DNA of 51,790 nt, counting the filler, from Okamejei kenojei (taxonomy: Eukaryota), in the NCBI GenBank assembly GCA_035221665.1. It is 2 parts of 2 records of this genome, joined end to end, with 100 filler letters (N's around TTAATTAATTAA, not from the genome) between each part and the next. Parts side by side here need not be neighbours in the genome. Positions count along the whole stretch, not along the records: positions 1 to 30,187 come from JAVHYY010000154.1; 1 more part is not named here. The stretch is one strand, 5' to 3'. How positions within the stretch are numbered: the stretch's first letter is position 1; each line of letters opens with the position of its first letter. The notes under the pieces are model-generated. The model had not been told where the DNA came from and ran no database searches. It saw only the letters and a program-made list of their open reading frames with translations. Shown piece by piece: positions 1-13,680 of the stretch. The translations under genes and the position numbers were made by a program.

Positions 1-1580
1 CCATATGAAGAAAGAGTGGATAGACTCGGCTTGTACTAGCTGGAATTTAGAAGGTTGAGGGGGGATCTTATAGAGACTTACACAAAACGTATGGACAGGT
101 TAGATGCAGGAAGATTGTTCCCGATGTTGGGGAAATCCAGAACAAGGGGTCACAGTTTAAGGATAAGGTGGAAGTCTTTTAGGGCCGAGATGAGAAAATC
201 ATTTTTTACACAGAGCGTGGTGAATCTGTGGAACTCTCTGCCACAGAAGGTAGTTGCGGCCAGTTCATTGGCTATATTTAAGAGGCAGTTAGATGTGGTC
301 CTCGTGATCAAAGGATCAGGGGCTATGGAGAGAAGGCACGTACAGGATACTGAGGTTGGATTGATCAGCCATGAACACATTAAATGGCGGTGCAGGCTCG
401 AAGGGCTGAATGGCCTGCTCCTGCACCTATTTTCTATGATTCTATGATTCTATGAAAGTATTGCTATAGGTGAAGTGTGCCAGATGTAGGAATAGACCGG
501 GTAGATACACAGAGTCTTTTGCCCAGCGAATCGACTACCAGAGGACATAGGTTTAGGGAGAAGGGAAACCTATTCAATAGCAATCCGTGCGGAAACATTT
601 TCACACAAAGGGTAGTGGGTATGTGGAACAAGCTGTAACAGGAGGTAGTCGAGTCTGTGACTTTCCCATCGTTTAAGAAACAATTAGAAAATCTACTTCA
701 TGGATAATGAAGTCGATTTTCAAAGGCTACAGAGAAATTTGGGCCGTTTGGGAAAAGTGGGCTGAAAGATGGCAGATGGAGTTTAATGCTGTTAAGTGTG
801 AAGTGCTACATCTTGGCAGGACAAATCAAAATAGGACGTACATGGTAAATGGTAGGGAATTGAGGAATGCTGTGGAACAGAGGGATCTAGGAATAACTGT
901 GCATAGTTCCCTGAAGGTGGAATCGCATGTAGATAGGGTGGTAAAGAAAGCCTTTCGTGTGCTGGCCTTTATAAATCAGAGCATTGAATATAGGAGTAGG
1001 GAAGTAATGTTAAAATTGTACAAGGCATTGGTAAGACCAATTCTGGAGTACGGTGTACAATTTTGGTCGCCTAGTTATAGGAAGGATGTCAACAAAATAG
1101 AGAGTACAGAGAGATTTACTAGAATGTTGCCAGGGTTCCAGCAACTATGTTACAGAGAAAGGTTGAACAAGTTAGTCTTTATTCTTTGGAGAGCGCAGAA
1201 GTTAAGGGGGGACTTGATTGAGGTCTTAAATGATGAAAGGGATAGACAGAGTTAACGTGGATACGTTTTTCCCATTGAGGGTAGGGAAGATTCAAACAAG
1301 AGGGCATGATATGAGAATTAAGGGACAGAAGTTTCGGGGTAACGTGAGGGGGAACTTCTTTACTCAGAGGGTGGTGGCCGTGTGGAATGAGCTTCCAGCA
1401 GAAGTGGTGGAGGCAGGATCGATGTTAACATTTAAGAGTAAAGTGGATAGGTATATGGACGTGAAGGGAATGGTCTGAGTGCAGGTGGATGGGACTAGGG
1501 GAAAACAAATGGTCGGCACGGACTGGAAGGGTCAGAGAGGGCCTGTCTCCGTGCTGTAATTGTTATATGGTTATATAGTT
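1..1580 (+). mobile_element. Stacked 3' fragments of CR1-clade (HER1-like) LINEs
   Basis: ORFs 55..447, 707..1255 and 1230..1478 encode the CR1 ORF2 C-terminus (WQMEFN..KCEV, LVRP.LEY.VQFWSP, RGDLIE, FFTQRVV..WN.LP). Short tandem tails (CTATGATT)n at ~434-454 and (GTTATAT)n at ~1562-1586. Confidence 0.85.
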
Positions 1581-1586
1581 ATATAG

Positions 1587-2441
1587 TTAGACAGGTACAT
1601 GGATAGGAGGCATTTGAAGGGATATGGACCAAATGCAGGCAAGTGGGACTAGACGATAGAGAATAGAGAATGGCTGCAGGAGTGGGCCATTCGACCCTTC
1701 GAGCCAGCACCACGATTCAATGTGCACAGGCAGTAATCCTGAAATCGTTACCCTTTTGGTCCTTCTCCTTAACTTTCCCCCCAACTCCCTAAATTCTCCC
1801 TTCAGGACCTCGTCACTTTTTCTGCCTATGTCATTGGTACCTATGTGTACCACAACATCAGGCTCCTCTCCCTCCCTTATCAGAATCTTTTGGACACGTT
1901 CTGACACATGCGAGACCCTGGCACCAGGGAGGCAAACTACCATCCGGGTCTCCCGACAGCGTCCACAGAATCGCCTATCCGACCCCCCAACTATAGAGTC
2001 CCCTATTACAATTGCCCTCCTCTTTTTGCTACCCTTCTGAGCATCAGGGCCGGTCTCCGTGCCGGAGGCCCGGCCGCTGTTGCTGCCCCCAGCTATGCTG
2101 TCCCCTCCAATCGTACTCAAACCCGAGTACCTATTTTCCAGGTGTACGGTCACAGGGGTACTCTCTAGCCCCTGTCTCTGCCCCTTACCCTTCCTAACTG
2201 TGAGCCACTTGTCTGCCTCCTGTGGTCTGGGAGTGCCTACCTCCCTGTAGCTCCTCTCTATGACCTCCTCACTCTCCCTGACCAGACGGAGGTCATCGAG
2301 CTGCTGCTCCAGGTTCCTAACACAGTCCTTTAGGAGCCCCATCTCGACACACCTGGCGCAGATGTGGACGTCTGGAGGGCTGTCAGATTCCCTGACCTCC
2401 CACATCTGACATCCAGAACAGTACACTGCCCTGGCCTTCAT
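1587..2441 (-). mobile_element. CR1-type LINE ORF1 (zinc finger + coiled coil + SGNH esterase), truncated
   Basis: CxxC...CxxC N-terminus, heptad-like segment, and SGNH motifs VIGDSIV, CLPGA, VVVHIGTND typical of CR1 ORF1p. Confidence 0.8.
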
Positions 2442-2633
2442 ACTCCCCCCTTACACAGGATACAATATCAACACAATATAAAATCACTACAAACTGCTGA
2501 AATCTGACTGTAAATCAGCTGTTTCCCCTGGTCCACTTCCCACCAATCAGCTGCTTACCCTAGTCCACTTCCCACCAATCAGCGGCTTCCTGAAAAAAAA
2601 ACCCTTCTCCAAATGGGACGTTATGGATTTCGG

Positions 2634-2901
2634 CAAGCCCCGCGCTTGATTTTAAAGCTTACTGGTCGGGTGTCGATCCTCCCCCTCCTTCACTTCCAAC
2701 GGCTCCTGTGGGCCTCTGAAGAAAACAAGCCCCGCGCTTGATTTTAAAGCTTACCGGTCGGGTGTCGCTCCTTCCCCCTCCTTCACTTCTAACGGGTCCT
2801 GTGGGCCTCTGAAAAAACAAGCCCCGCGCTTGATTTTAAAGCTTACCGGTCGGGTGTCGCTCCTCCCCCTCCTTCACTCCCAACGGCTCCTGTGGGCTTC
2901 A
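2634..2901. repeat. Three tandem ~92-bp GC-rich monomers upstream of CR1 ORF1
   Basis: CAAGCCCCGCGCTTGATTTTAAAGCTTAC... starts at 2634, 2726 and 2818. Confidence 0.9.
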
Positions 2902-2904
2902 GTG

Positions 2905-4500
2905 GGATAACCAGTGTCTCCACAACTGGGTTCGTAGCGTGAAGTGCTGACCTTATGTTTTGTCAAGGCCACAATAAGCACACTTTTAGAGTCATTTATC
3001 CTGCAAAAAGGATTTATACATGTGGTGTCTTAGGATAGCTTCTAAAGTACTGACTCCTGCAGCCACAAACATAATACTGGCACTACACCATCGTGGTTGC
3101 CTTAGCAATGTTCTCATGGCATCGTTATATGCAACCTTTAGTCTCTGCATACTTGTCTTTAAATAGTTCGACCACAGGTGCGCAGTGTAGAGGGGTGTGC
3201 ACTATGCTCTAAATAGGGACATCTTCACCACATCTGCACACGCACCAAATTTAAGCAAGAGGATATTCGCCTGTATATACAGCATGCGTCGTTGCCTATA
3301 AATATCCTCATCATCTGTCATTTGTTCTGTAATAATATGCCCTAGATATTTTATCTTATTACAGACACTAAGATTGTTGTCAGACAATTTAAAATCGGGA
3401 TATTTTAGGCTTTTATCCTCTTTGGTTCTACAGACCATAACAGCACTCTTACTAGCATTATATTTAATGTCATGTTCCAAACCATACACGGAACATGCAG
3501 TAAGGAGCTGCTGGAGACCAGCGCGAGATGGACTAAAGACCACAAGATCATCTGCATTCATAATAATGGTTCACTAAAATATTACCAATCACGCACCCAG
3601 TGTTACAGGCTTTGAATTGTTTAGACAAATCATCAATATATAGATTAAAAAAGGACTGGGGATAAAATTCCCCCTTGTCTAAGACCATTGCTAACCCCAA
3701 ATGGGGCTGAGACCTTATTGCCCCATTTTATTTGCATAGTCTGGTGGGCCAGTATTCTCACAATGTATTTTAGGCACCTTTCTTTGACGCATTTTACCAA
3801 ACAGCTTTCAGTGAGTAACACGGTCAAAGGCTTTGGGAGTATCAATAAAGCACATAAGGATTGAAGAGTTTTTGCCTCTATATTTGTTTACAATCTCCTT
3901 TAGGGCATATATGCATAAGTCAGTGCCATGTTTAGCTTTAAAGCTAAACTGGTTATCTGTGGAGTTAACAAAGTCATGTATTCTATCCAGCAGAACTCTT
4001 TCTAAGACTTTTGACAATATTCTGGCTAAAGCTATGGGCCTGTAATTATTTTGACTGCCTACTTTACCCGCTTTGTCCTTAATAACCGGCACTAACAGGA
4101 CAGACAACATTGAGTATGGTAACATGCCACGAATCATAAAGCCAGTAAAACAAATAGCTAGGAGAGGAACTATCCTCATACTCGCACACTTAAGATGTTC
4201 AGCAGAGATATGATCCAAGCCACTTGCTTTGTTGTTGGACAGCTTGTTTATGGCATGATACACCTCATGTGACATAATCACAATCGAGTCATTACTCTCA
4301 ATATTGCCCACCCTATACAAGTCACCTTGGACACAGTTGAATAAAGTACTATAATGATATTAGCCGTTCCGGAGATTCCATCTACAGTACATGGTAGAGA
4401 TGTTTTGCAACTGCCAAGAGCTCTCACTTCCTTCCAAAAAATATGTAGCATTGTTACTTAGCAGATTCTTAGCCATGGAATCAGCCCTCATAGCTTGTTC
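2905..4500 (-). mobile_element. Degenerate non-LTR retrotransposon RT (RTE-X-like)
   Basis: Frameshifted ORFs 3808..4320, 3645..3845 and 3202..3561 carry KASGLD, NYRPIAL, KAFDRV, GLRQGGILSP, ADDLV and KYLGH motifs. Clade assignment is tentative. Confidence 0.7.
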
Positions 4501-6880
4501 ATTGGTAATCTGCCTTACTGTTTTTGCTACCAAAGTGGATTAACCTCACATTTATCCGCGTTAAACTTCATCTGCCATCATCTGCCCACTCCCCCAACCT
4601 GTCCAAGTCACCCTTCATTCTCATAGCATCCTCCTCACAGTTCACACTGCCACCCAGCGTTGTGTCATCTGCAAATTTGCTAATGTTACTTTGAATCCCT
4701 TCATCCAAATCATTGATGTATATTGTAAATAACTGCGGTCGCAGCACCGAGCCTTGCGGTACCTCACTAGTCACTACCTGCCATTCTGAAAGGGACCCGT
4801 TAATCCCTACTTTTTTTTCCTGACTGCCAACCACTTCTTGATCCATGTCACCCTCAATACCATGCGCCCTAATTTTGCCCACTATTCTCCTATGTAGGAT
4901 CTTATCAAATGTTTTCTGAAAGTACAGGTACACTACATCCACTGACTCTCCCTTGTCCATTTTCCTAGTTACATCTTCAAAAAATCCCAGAAGATTAGTC
5001 AAGCATGATTTCCCCTTCGTAAATCCATGCTGACTCGGACCGATCCTGTTACAATTATCCAAATGTTTGGCAAATTCATCTTTTACAATTGACTCCAGCA
5101 TCCTCACCACCACCGATGTCAGTCTAACTGGGCTGTAATTCACTGTTTTCCCTCTCCCGCCTTTCTTAATACGTAGGATAACATTAGCTACCCTCCAATC
5201 TACATGAACTGATCCTGAGTCTAGAGAACATTGGAAAATTATCAATGCATCCACAATTTCTGGAGCCACTTTCTTAAGTACCCTGGGATGCAGACCATCA
5301 GGCTTGGGGATTTATAAGCCTTCAGTCCCATCGGTCTATCCAACACTATTTACTGCCTAATGTGGATTTCCTTCAGTTCCTCCGTCACCCTAGATCCTCT
5401 GGCCACTACTATATCAGGAAGATTGTTTGTGTCCTCGTTAGTGAAGACAGATCCAAAGTACCTGTTCAACACATCTGTTATTTCCTTGTTCCACATAATA
5501 AATTCGCCTTTTTCGGTCTTCAAGCGTCCAACTTTGGCCTTAAATATTTTTTTCCTCTTCACATACCTAAAGAAGCTTTTAATATCCTGCTTTATATTCT
5601 TGGCTTGCTTACCTTCGTACCTCATCGTTTCTTCTGGTATTGTATTTCTAGTTATCTTCTGTTGTTCCTTAAACTTTACCTAATCCTCTTGCTTCCCGCT
5701 CATCTTTGCGACGATGTACGCCTTCGCTTTAATTTTTATACTGTCACTGACTTCCCTTGTCAGCCATGGTCGTCCTTTTCTCCCCTTGGAATCTTTCTTC
5801 CTCCTACGAATGAACTAAGCCTGCACCTTCTGTATTATTCCTAGAAACACCTGCCATTTATGTTCCACTGTCATCCCTGCTAGTGTATCTTTCCAATCAA
5901 CTTTGGCCAGCTCCTTCCTCATGGTCCCATAGTCCCCTTTATTCAACTGCAACACTGGCACCTCCGAGCTACACTTCTCCCTCTCCAATTGTAGAATAAA
6001 CCTGACCATGTTTTGGCCACTGCGTCCTAATGGATCATTAACATCGAGGTCCTTTATCAAATACGGTTCATTACAAAAACACGAAAATCCAGTATTGACT
6101 TCTCCCTGTTAGGCCCCAATACAAGCTGTTCAAATAACCCATCACTTAGGCACTCTACAAATTCCGTTTTTTTGGGGTCCTGAACCAACCTGATTTTGCC
6201 AGTCTAGCTGCATGTTGAAATCTCCCATAAGGACCACAGAATTACTTTTACTTCTTGCCAATTTTAACTACTGATTCAACTTGCGCCCTATGTCCAGGCT
6301 ACTGTTTGGGGGCCTGTAGATTATCCCATGAGGGTCTTTTTACCCTTACAATTCCTTCGTTCTATCCATACAGACTCCACAACTCCTGTTTGAATGTCAC
6401 CCCTTGCAAGGGACTGAATTTCATTCCTCACCAACAGGGCAACCCCACCCCCTCTGCCCATCGTTCTGTCTTTTCGATAGGATGTGTAGCCTTGAATATT
6501 CAGTTCCCATCCTTGGCCCTCTTACAGCCATGTCTCAGTAATTCCCACAACATCATACTTGCCAGTTTCTAACTGAGACACAAGCTCGTCCACTTTATTC
6601 CTTATGCTGTACTTCGCGCATTCATATACAGCACTTTTAACTCCATATTCACTCCCCCCTCGCACCATTCGCAATTGTCCATAACCTTACTCTGTTGTCC
6701 ATTCTCGAGCTTTCCTTCCCATTAATTCGAGAATCTTTTGCATTTTTTCCTGTAGCCACTTCCCCCTCAACTACATCTTTATACTCCCGATTTTTCAATC
6801 CCCCCCCCCACTGTCTAGTTTAAACCCACACGTGCAGCCCTAGCAAACCTGCCTGCCAGAAGGTCGGCCCCCCTCCAGTT
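4500..6880 (-). mobile_element. Degenerate CR1 LINE ORF2 (endonuclease-RT)
   Basis: ORFs 4568..5269, 5350..5625 and 5815..6060 with QHGFTKGKSCLTNL, VPQGSVL, FADDT. Confidence 0.85.
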
Positions 6881-8189
6881 AAGTCGGTCCACTTAAGTGT
6901 AGCTGGAATATTGTTGGCCGGTGTGGCGAGTTGGGCGGAAGGTCCTGATACCACACTGTATCACTCTATGACTCTGTGATTCCATGATGCTATGTACGGT
7001 AACAAATCAATTTCCGCATTTGCCTTTACGTTCTCCCGGAGGGCAAACATTTGAACACCTCTTCCCATTCCCATATAAACCCTTCTGCCGTTGTCCTCCT
7101 CAACTGTTAGAGCGAGGCCACGTAATCAATGAAGCATGTCGTATGTCGCATATCTCCCTTTCTCTCACTCTCTCCCGCAACCTAGTCATCATACTAGTTG
7201 TACTGCTCGCAAATTTGTAGTTGTTTGTTGCCACGTATTTCACAGCCAACTCAGGATACTGAGTTGGATGATCAGCCATGATCATATTGAATGGCGGTGC
7301 AGGCTCGAAGGGCCGAATGGCCTACTCCTGCACTTATTTTCTATGTTTCTCTGTTTCTAACAATGGGCAATTATGGGCTAATTTATTTATTTGTTATCGT
7401 CCCTGCCTTGTTCTGGCCCACTCTTGCTTCCAGTGGCCCTGCCCTATTTCGACGGAAGAGTGATCCTGACCAGACACGTTATCTATCCTTTTCCTCCAGA
7501 GATACTGCCTGCTGTTCATTTGCTGTTAAGCGACAGTAAGCCGCATAATGTTTCCCCGATACCACAAAATTGAGGCTGGTGGAAGGTTAACTTTGTACCT
7601 ACCCATTTCTCCCCTCACTCGCAATCTGCGAAGCAAATAAAATAATCTGTCAATTATGAATTAAAATGAAGATATCTTGTTCTAAAAAAATAATCATCGC
7701 TCGTGCATTCTTATTAACAAACCACTTATTAATAAATTAAGTGATAATACACTCCTCCAGCTGTCCATATGTCAGCTCTGCCAACATTATCATGCAGCAT
7801 CCCCTCACCGGACATGTTTAGTCGTGGATTCCGTGAAATGTAAATCTGAGCGGAATTATTCTGTGATGGGGAAAATTGTGAACTATATTTCTCGCCATTT
7901 AGTTGGCACAATCGGAACGAACTGTCCCTTGTACGACCAGTGTGTTTATTTGAATGCAGCAGCCTCCATAGTGCAAATGGCTTGAATTCATTTGGTAAAG
8001 TCTTACCTTCTCCGCTGTTGTCCCCATTGAAAGTATGTTGCATGTCCAATCAATATTTTGTTGATTCTCCCGATCAACTCTACAAAGCCTTACTATGTGG
8101 GATTTTTACAACTTGCTGATCTCTCGTGAAACGAATTTAGATGTTTATTTCCAGCTAAATAAAGGTAAAAATTGGTTGTATGAATCTTT

Positions 8190-9060
8190 TATATTTTTAT
8201 TTCAGCTCCACGCTTATTCCAACGCTTTTTCGCGCAGGTCCGAGGGGGGTGGTTCACGTATCGATCGCATGTACATCTCCGGAGCTTATGTCCCCCGTGT
8301 CTCGTGGCCTCCTTGCGGCCGGTACCGTGCTCGGACCACTGTCTGGTGTGAGTGGACTTTATTACTAGCGCGCACACCAGCTGGGTCAGCGTTACGGCAC
8401 CTTAATAACCAGCTGCTGGAGGATAGCCGATTCCAAGAGTCCTTCTGTCGGTTATGGGTGAAGTGACGAGAGAGGCGGAGGGGTATTCCTTCCCTTAGGC
8501 AGTGGTGGGATGTGGGAAAGACTTACATGATTTGGTCAGGAGTTCACGTCGGGTTCGAATCAGAAGGCGGGTCGCAGAGAATTAGTCAACACAGAGTCTC
8601 GCTTGGGTCGGATAGGTGAGCACTCCCGTGAGTGGGAAGAATATCATGAGAGGAAGGAGGCACGGAGGGACCTGCAGCTTCAGCGGTCCCGAGATGCTTA
8701 CGTGAGGTCGCGAGTCCAGATGCTGCACGATCTAGACCGTGCATCACCTTTATTTTTCTCTCTGGAGAAATGGTTCCTCGCGGATGACGGCTCCTTTGTT
8801 AAAGATCCAGAGAAGATCAGTGCTTTAGTTCGGTCATTTTTTGGGTCTCTGTTCTCCTCAGATGGATTCAAGCGGGAAGACAAGCCGGTCCAGTGGAGGG
8901 TCTACTGACTGGCAGATAGAGAGTTGTTTGAACTCGTTGATGACCACTTTTCATTGGAGGAGTTGCCTACATTGGAGGAGGGGCAAATCCCCAGCCGGTT
9001 TGGCAGACGGTAGAGTTTTCTAGGATGTCCTGGGGGTGACTACATGAAGGTCCTGGGGTG
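8190..9060 (+). mobile_element. Decayed Tx1/L1-clade LINE ORF2 fragment
   Basis: SRIDRMYIS (APE endonuclease end) and VRSRVQMLHDLDRASPLFFSLEK are characteristic of Tx1-like ORF2. Confidence 0.65.
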
Positions 9061-9109
9061 TGGGGGGTGGGGGGGGGGGGGGGGAAGTGGAGCCTGGCGA
9101 CGGTGATCT

Positions 9110-9340
9110 ATGGAGAGAAGGAATAGATGACGTTTCGGGTCGAGGCCCTTCTGCAGACTGATGTGGGGGTGGGGGGCGGGATGAAAAAATGGGAGAGGCG
9201 GAGACAGTGGGCTATGGGAGAGCTGGGAAGGGGAGGGGGTGTAGGGAGAAAGCAAGGACTACCTGAAATTGGAGAAGTCAATGTTCATACCGCAGGGGTG
9301 TAAACTACCCAAGCGAAATATGAGGTGCCAATTTGCGGTG
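9110..9340 (-). mobile_element. Penelope-like element 3' fragment
   Basis: Minus-strand HLIFRLGSLHPCGMNIDFSNF resembles the end of a Penelope GIY-YIG ORF. Confidence 0.6.
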
Positions 9341-9797
9341 GGCCTCACTGTGTCTGGGCCTCCTCCATGGCCAGAATGAGTTATGTAGGTTAAGGCAGTT
9401 TCCATCATGGTCCAGTGGTCCGGATTCGATTTCCGTTCAGTGGACGGGGAGATTTTATTTTCTCTAGTGCGGAACTGAGCAGCTCCCAACTTCTGCACAT
9501 TGTGCACCCCCACCAGCAAATACATAGTGGGCCGTCCATCAGTCTTTATACTAGTACGTCTGCTGCTGCTTCGTAAAGTATACTGATACAAATTAGCAAC
9601 AGTAGATGAATGAGATTTTAAAACGGTTTTAAGTCTGTGCTTGTTTGTGTTGCGCTCGTGTGTATGAAAAATTGTGAGAATAATAATCGGCGGCTGATGT
9701 TTACCTGGCCACTGGCGTCTACTCAGATATTTAAAGCCAGGGCCGTTTTTCCATTTCAGCTACATTTCCGCCTATTATCCCCAGATATAAATCGGTT

Positions 9798-10034
9798 NNN
9801 NNNNNNNNNNNNNNNNNNNNNNNNNNNNNNNNNNNNNNNNNNNNNNNNNNNNNNNNNNNNNNNNNNNNNNNNNNNNNNNNNNNNNNNNNNNNNNNNNNNN
9901 NNNNNNNNNNNNNNNNNNNNNNNNNNNNNNNNNNNNNNNNNNNNNNNNNNNNNNNNNNNNNNNNNNNNNNNNNNNNNNNNNNNNNNNNNNNNNNNNNNNN
10001 NNNNNNNNNNNNNNNNNNNNNNNNNNNNNNNNNN
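9798..10034. other. Assembly gap
   Basis: Run of N. Confidence 1.
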
Positions 10035-10173
10035 TGCTTCTGTAATTTATCTTAGTAATCTTTCTATTTTTTTCCTTCCCACGCAACGTGTAGTCAATCC
10101 ACACTAGACTGGGGTTCTCGGATTGCGCCGCAGATGTTCTGCTGTGCTGTGTGTCTGCATTCTGCCACGCTGA

Positions 10174-10212
10174 GGTTTTGGTACAGCTATCTCACTGCGC
10201 GGTGTCACTGTG
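10174..10212 (-). promoter_or_regulatory. 23-bp-spacer RSS of the supporting TCR-delta V
   Basis: Minus strand: CACAGTG (10212-10206), 23 nt, ACCAAAACC (10182-10174). Confidence 0.93.
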
Positions 10213-10518
10213 CGATGCGCGGACTCATCCCACAGTAATACACAGCCTGGTCGCTCGGCAGTACTTCAGATAGCGTTAACTGACTGATTTTCTGGCCAGG
10301 ATCGAGAGAACCAGTAATACGACCTTCGGCAGCCTCTTCCTTATCTGGCTTTCCTGAAGTGTGTCTTCGGAGCAGGAATTCCACAGATTGCCCTGGGAAC
10401 TGTCGGTACCAGTGTACTGTGTAGGAGCAAATTCCGGAATATACGCAGTTAAGAGTAACAGTGTCACCAGAAAGAGAGGTTTGTTGAGGCGGACTCTGGG
10501 ATCCCGCGGAAATGGAAT
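10213..10518 (-). CDS. TRDV: Leaderless NAR-TCR-supporting TCR-delta V exon
   Basis: Phase-1 acceptor ttttctgcag. Open frame DSISAGSQSPPQQTSLSGDTVTLNCVYSGICSYTVHWYRQ...DQAVYYCGMSPRI with canonical C/W/C plus an extra CDR1 Cys. 23-RSS follows. No leader exon seen between it and the upstream J. Confidence 0.88.
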
Positions 10519-10689
10519 CTGCAGAAAATAGCAGAATTGTTATTGTTTTAACATTGACTGTTGGAGACTGTGACATGCGCAGAAAGGGATTGCCGTCTCC
10601 AGTAGTTCATCACATTTTTGAAAAAATGTATGGAAACATTATTTATGAATCTTGTAATTGTTCCTACCAGGAGTTGAATTTAAATTTCG

Positions 10690-11055
10690 TTTAGGTTAGT
10701 TTACTTTAGTTCCATTTACTTTAATTTAGTTCAGTTTAATTTTGTTTAATTTAGGGACACAGCGCGGAAACGGGCCCTTCGGCCCACCTTCCGCACCGCC
10801 CTGCAATTCCAGCACATTAAAACTACCCCACACACACGATGGATAATGAACATTTATGGATAGTCAATTACCCTTTTAAAAACTGTCCGTATTTGGAGTG
10901 TGAGAAGAAACCCTAGATCTCAGAGAAAACCCACGCAGATTATGGGCAGAACACATAAACTCCGTAGAGACATCACCCGGAGTCGGGATCGAACTCGGGT
11001 CTCAGGTGCTAACAGCGCTGTCGGGAAGCAGGACTACCGTTGCGCCGCCGTGGTG
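10690..11055 (-). mobile_element. SINE (HE1/V-SINE-like) in the J-to-supporting-V intron
   Basis: (TTTAG)n-like tail and a tRNA-like head (gggatcgaactcgggtctc). Related plus-strand copies at ~25600-25820 and ~44390-44650. Confidence 0.55.
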
Positions 11056-12039
11056 AAATTCACTGACGAATATTCGCGAGGTCAAACTCTGATTATGAAA
11101 GGGAAATTGGAAACAATCCCACGCTGTGTGAACAGCCAAAGCGAGCACGGAATAATAGTGGAGCTGATTCAGAGAGTAGGTATCCGGTGAATGAGCCAAA
11201 TTACCTTACCCGCTTTTCTAACATTTTTTAATTGGTTCTTCGCGTTAAAACAATAGAACGAGTCATTCTCCTCACAGCTTGACTGAAGTGTATCCCTTCC
11301 TAGGTATGGTTAAGGATCAACAGTGATGTAATGGCATTTCAGGCATAAGATCATGTGATAGAAGTATATTAGGACATTCGGCCCATGAAGCCTACTCCGC
11401 CATTGAATGATGGCTGAACTATCTCGCCTTGCGAACCCAATTCCCCTGCATTCTCCACAATAACAATAACGTCTGACGCCTCGATTAATCAAAAATCTAT
11501 GAATCGCTGCCTTATTTTCCCCCTGACTTGGTCTGCACAGCCTTCTGTGTTTAACAACTGGAAGGTCATCTTTAGAGTGCAATTTGCTCAACTGAGATAA
11601 ATGCTTTGCCCTCTATGTATTCAGCGTTGTTTTTTCTTCACTGGGCCTCGTCCTTCTACGTTTTACTTTAATTTAACTGAAAAACATTTTTAGTTTTCAA
11701 TCTTGGTCGCCCGCTTTGTGCTGCTTGCGGTTCATATTTTCCCCTCTCGAGATCAGTTTCAACAGTTCTGACAGCTGTCGTTTGATTTCAGTTTGTGGAA
11801 TGTTTACAGTGTGTCCAGCTTCACTCGCAGTCCATCTACCGTCCTGCCAACGTCCCTCTGTTTCCTCGAAATAAGAAATAGATTGTTTCCCAGGCTTTCA
11901 CATGCAGGGGGTGTGGATCAATTCCATTAATTGTATGGGAAAGTTTATAAGCCCGTTGTAATGATAAGGCGCTTAGCAAGACTTCAATAGTTCGTAAGAT
12001 TTTAGAGACAATTAGCAAACATGAGGTTCCAGTTACTTT

Positions 12040-13680
12040 GAAGCAAATGATAAATCGGCGAAGTCAGCAAGGGGGGGGGGGGGGGGGGCGGGGGGGGGGG
12101 GGCTCTTGCCTGACACATCTGTTGACATTCTTTGTGAACGTAACAAGCAGGATGGAGAAAGGAAAGTCGGAAATACTGCTTACTTACATTTTCTGATGTG
12201 TATTAAATGGTGTAGGACGCGAAGCGGGTAATTAAGAATGGGGTATTAGTGTTAGAGTTAAGCATACAGTGTGGATGTCATAGGCTGTCCGTATCAGGTC
12301 AAAATGTTAGAATAAAGGTGATCTATTCCGCTTGCTGCCTTTGACTAATGGGTCAATGTTGGGTTCACTACTTTTCCGTTGTATGTTTACGATCTGGATG
12401 ATGGAATTGATGGCTTTGCGGCTGATATCGCGGATGATGCCAAAAATAGGTGAAGGGGCAGGTAATGTTGAGTAAACACGGAGTCTTCAGAGTTACTTAA
12501 ACAGGTTGGAAGAGGGGGCAAGTGAGTGGCAGATGGAATACCACATAGCACACTATACGGGCATGCACTTTGGTACGGGAATTCCAAAATGTGAATTTGC
12601 AGAGTGAAGCGTCCTTGAGGGATACAAATTAAATTTTAGCATTCATTTCGAAGTTGACTAGAATATGAAAACAGGGTTCTAATGTAAATAGTAAAAAAAC
12701 ATTTAGGCACTGATTTCATCACATTTGGAATAACGCGAGCAGTTTTGGGTCTCGTATCTGAGGAACGATATTGTGGCTTTGGAGGTTACCAAACGGAGGT
12801 TTTCGCGAATTATTTGGGGGATCATTCAGTCGCGCATAATAAGTGTTTTCTAACTCCAAGCCTACACACGCTGGACTTGAGAAGGATAAGTTCTGATCAA
12901 TCTGATCACTCTGATTGACATTTGAGCAGCATTGCCATTGGCATTTCGTCCTCACGCTCCAAACTCGGATACCTTCCCACTTTTCGCTGAATTGACCCTT
13001 GCTATATATCACAGTCTTCACCCAAGCACGTTTCATTTTCACTTCCAACGGCGGATTTCAATTTCCACGACGGGCAAATGCCCTAACTCTGCCTCTATGC
13101 ATTACGGTCTTTGTCGTTGTTTTGGATGTGGGCATAGCTGTTAAGGCCAACAGTCATTTACCATTAGAATCAAAAATAACGAATTCAGGGTGTTCAAATG
13201 TAATCTGTTCCGACAACGGAACAGTGACATTCTTACTTGTAGATGCACACAGGCCTAGAAAAGCAATATGCTTTATCAGATAACAGCATCATAGAGTCAT
13301 GGAGCGATATAACGCGGAAACAGGCTAATGAGCTCACGTTCCCGACAGCGGCCAACATGTCACAGCTACGTTAGTGCCAGCTATCCGCATTTGTTCGAAA
13401 TCCATATAATCCTGTCCTGTCCATGTACTTGTCTAACTGATTCTTAAACAGTGGGATAGTGCTAGTTTCAATTATGTACTTTGGCAACTTGTTCTGTACA
13501 CCCACTACCCTCCGTGTGAAAACGTTACCCCTCACATCCCAGTAAATCTTCCCCTTAAGCTTAAACCTGTGTGCTCCGGTCCTCGACTCACCAACTCTGC
13601 ACAAGAGATTCTGCGTATCTACCCGATCCATTCGTTCCATGATGTTATACACTTCCATAAGATCACCCCAGTCCTCTCAT
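12040..13680. mobile_element. Highly decayed CR1 fragments (+ 12040-12850; - 13300-13680)
   Basis: ORF 13371..13658 has RGNVFTRRVVGVQNKLP. Degenerate RT motifs in 12040-12850. Confidence 0.6.

Noticed and set aside
2634-2901. CRISPR-like array
   Set aside because: No unique spacers and a vertebrate context; it is a simple tandem repeat.
9637-10107. ORFs spanning N runs, and poly-Leu/poly-Pro ORFs at 47562 and 49668
   Set aside because: Artefacts of gaps and microsatellites.
10519-10576. ORF-track N-terminus MSQSPTVNVKTITILLFSA as a signal peptide
   Set aside because: It is an in-frame read-through of the intron's polypyrimidine tract before the acceptor at 10519-10520. I cannot fully exclude an unspliced start.
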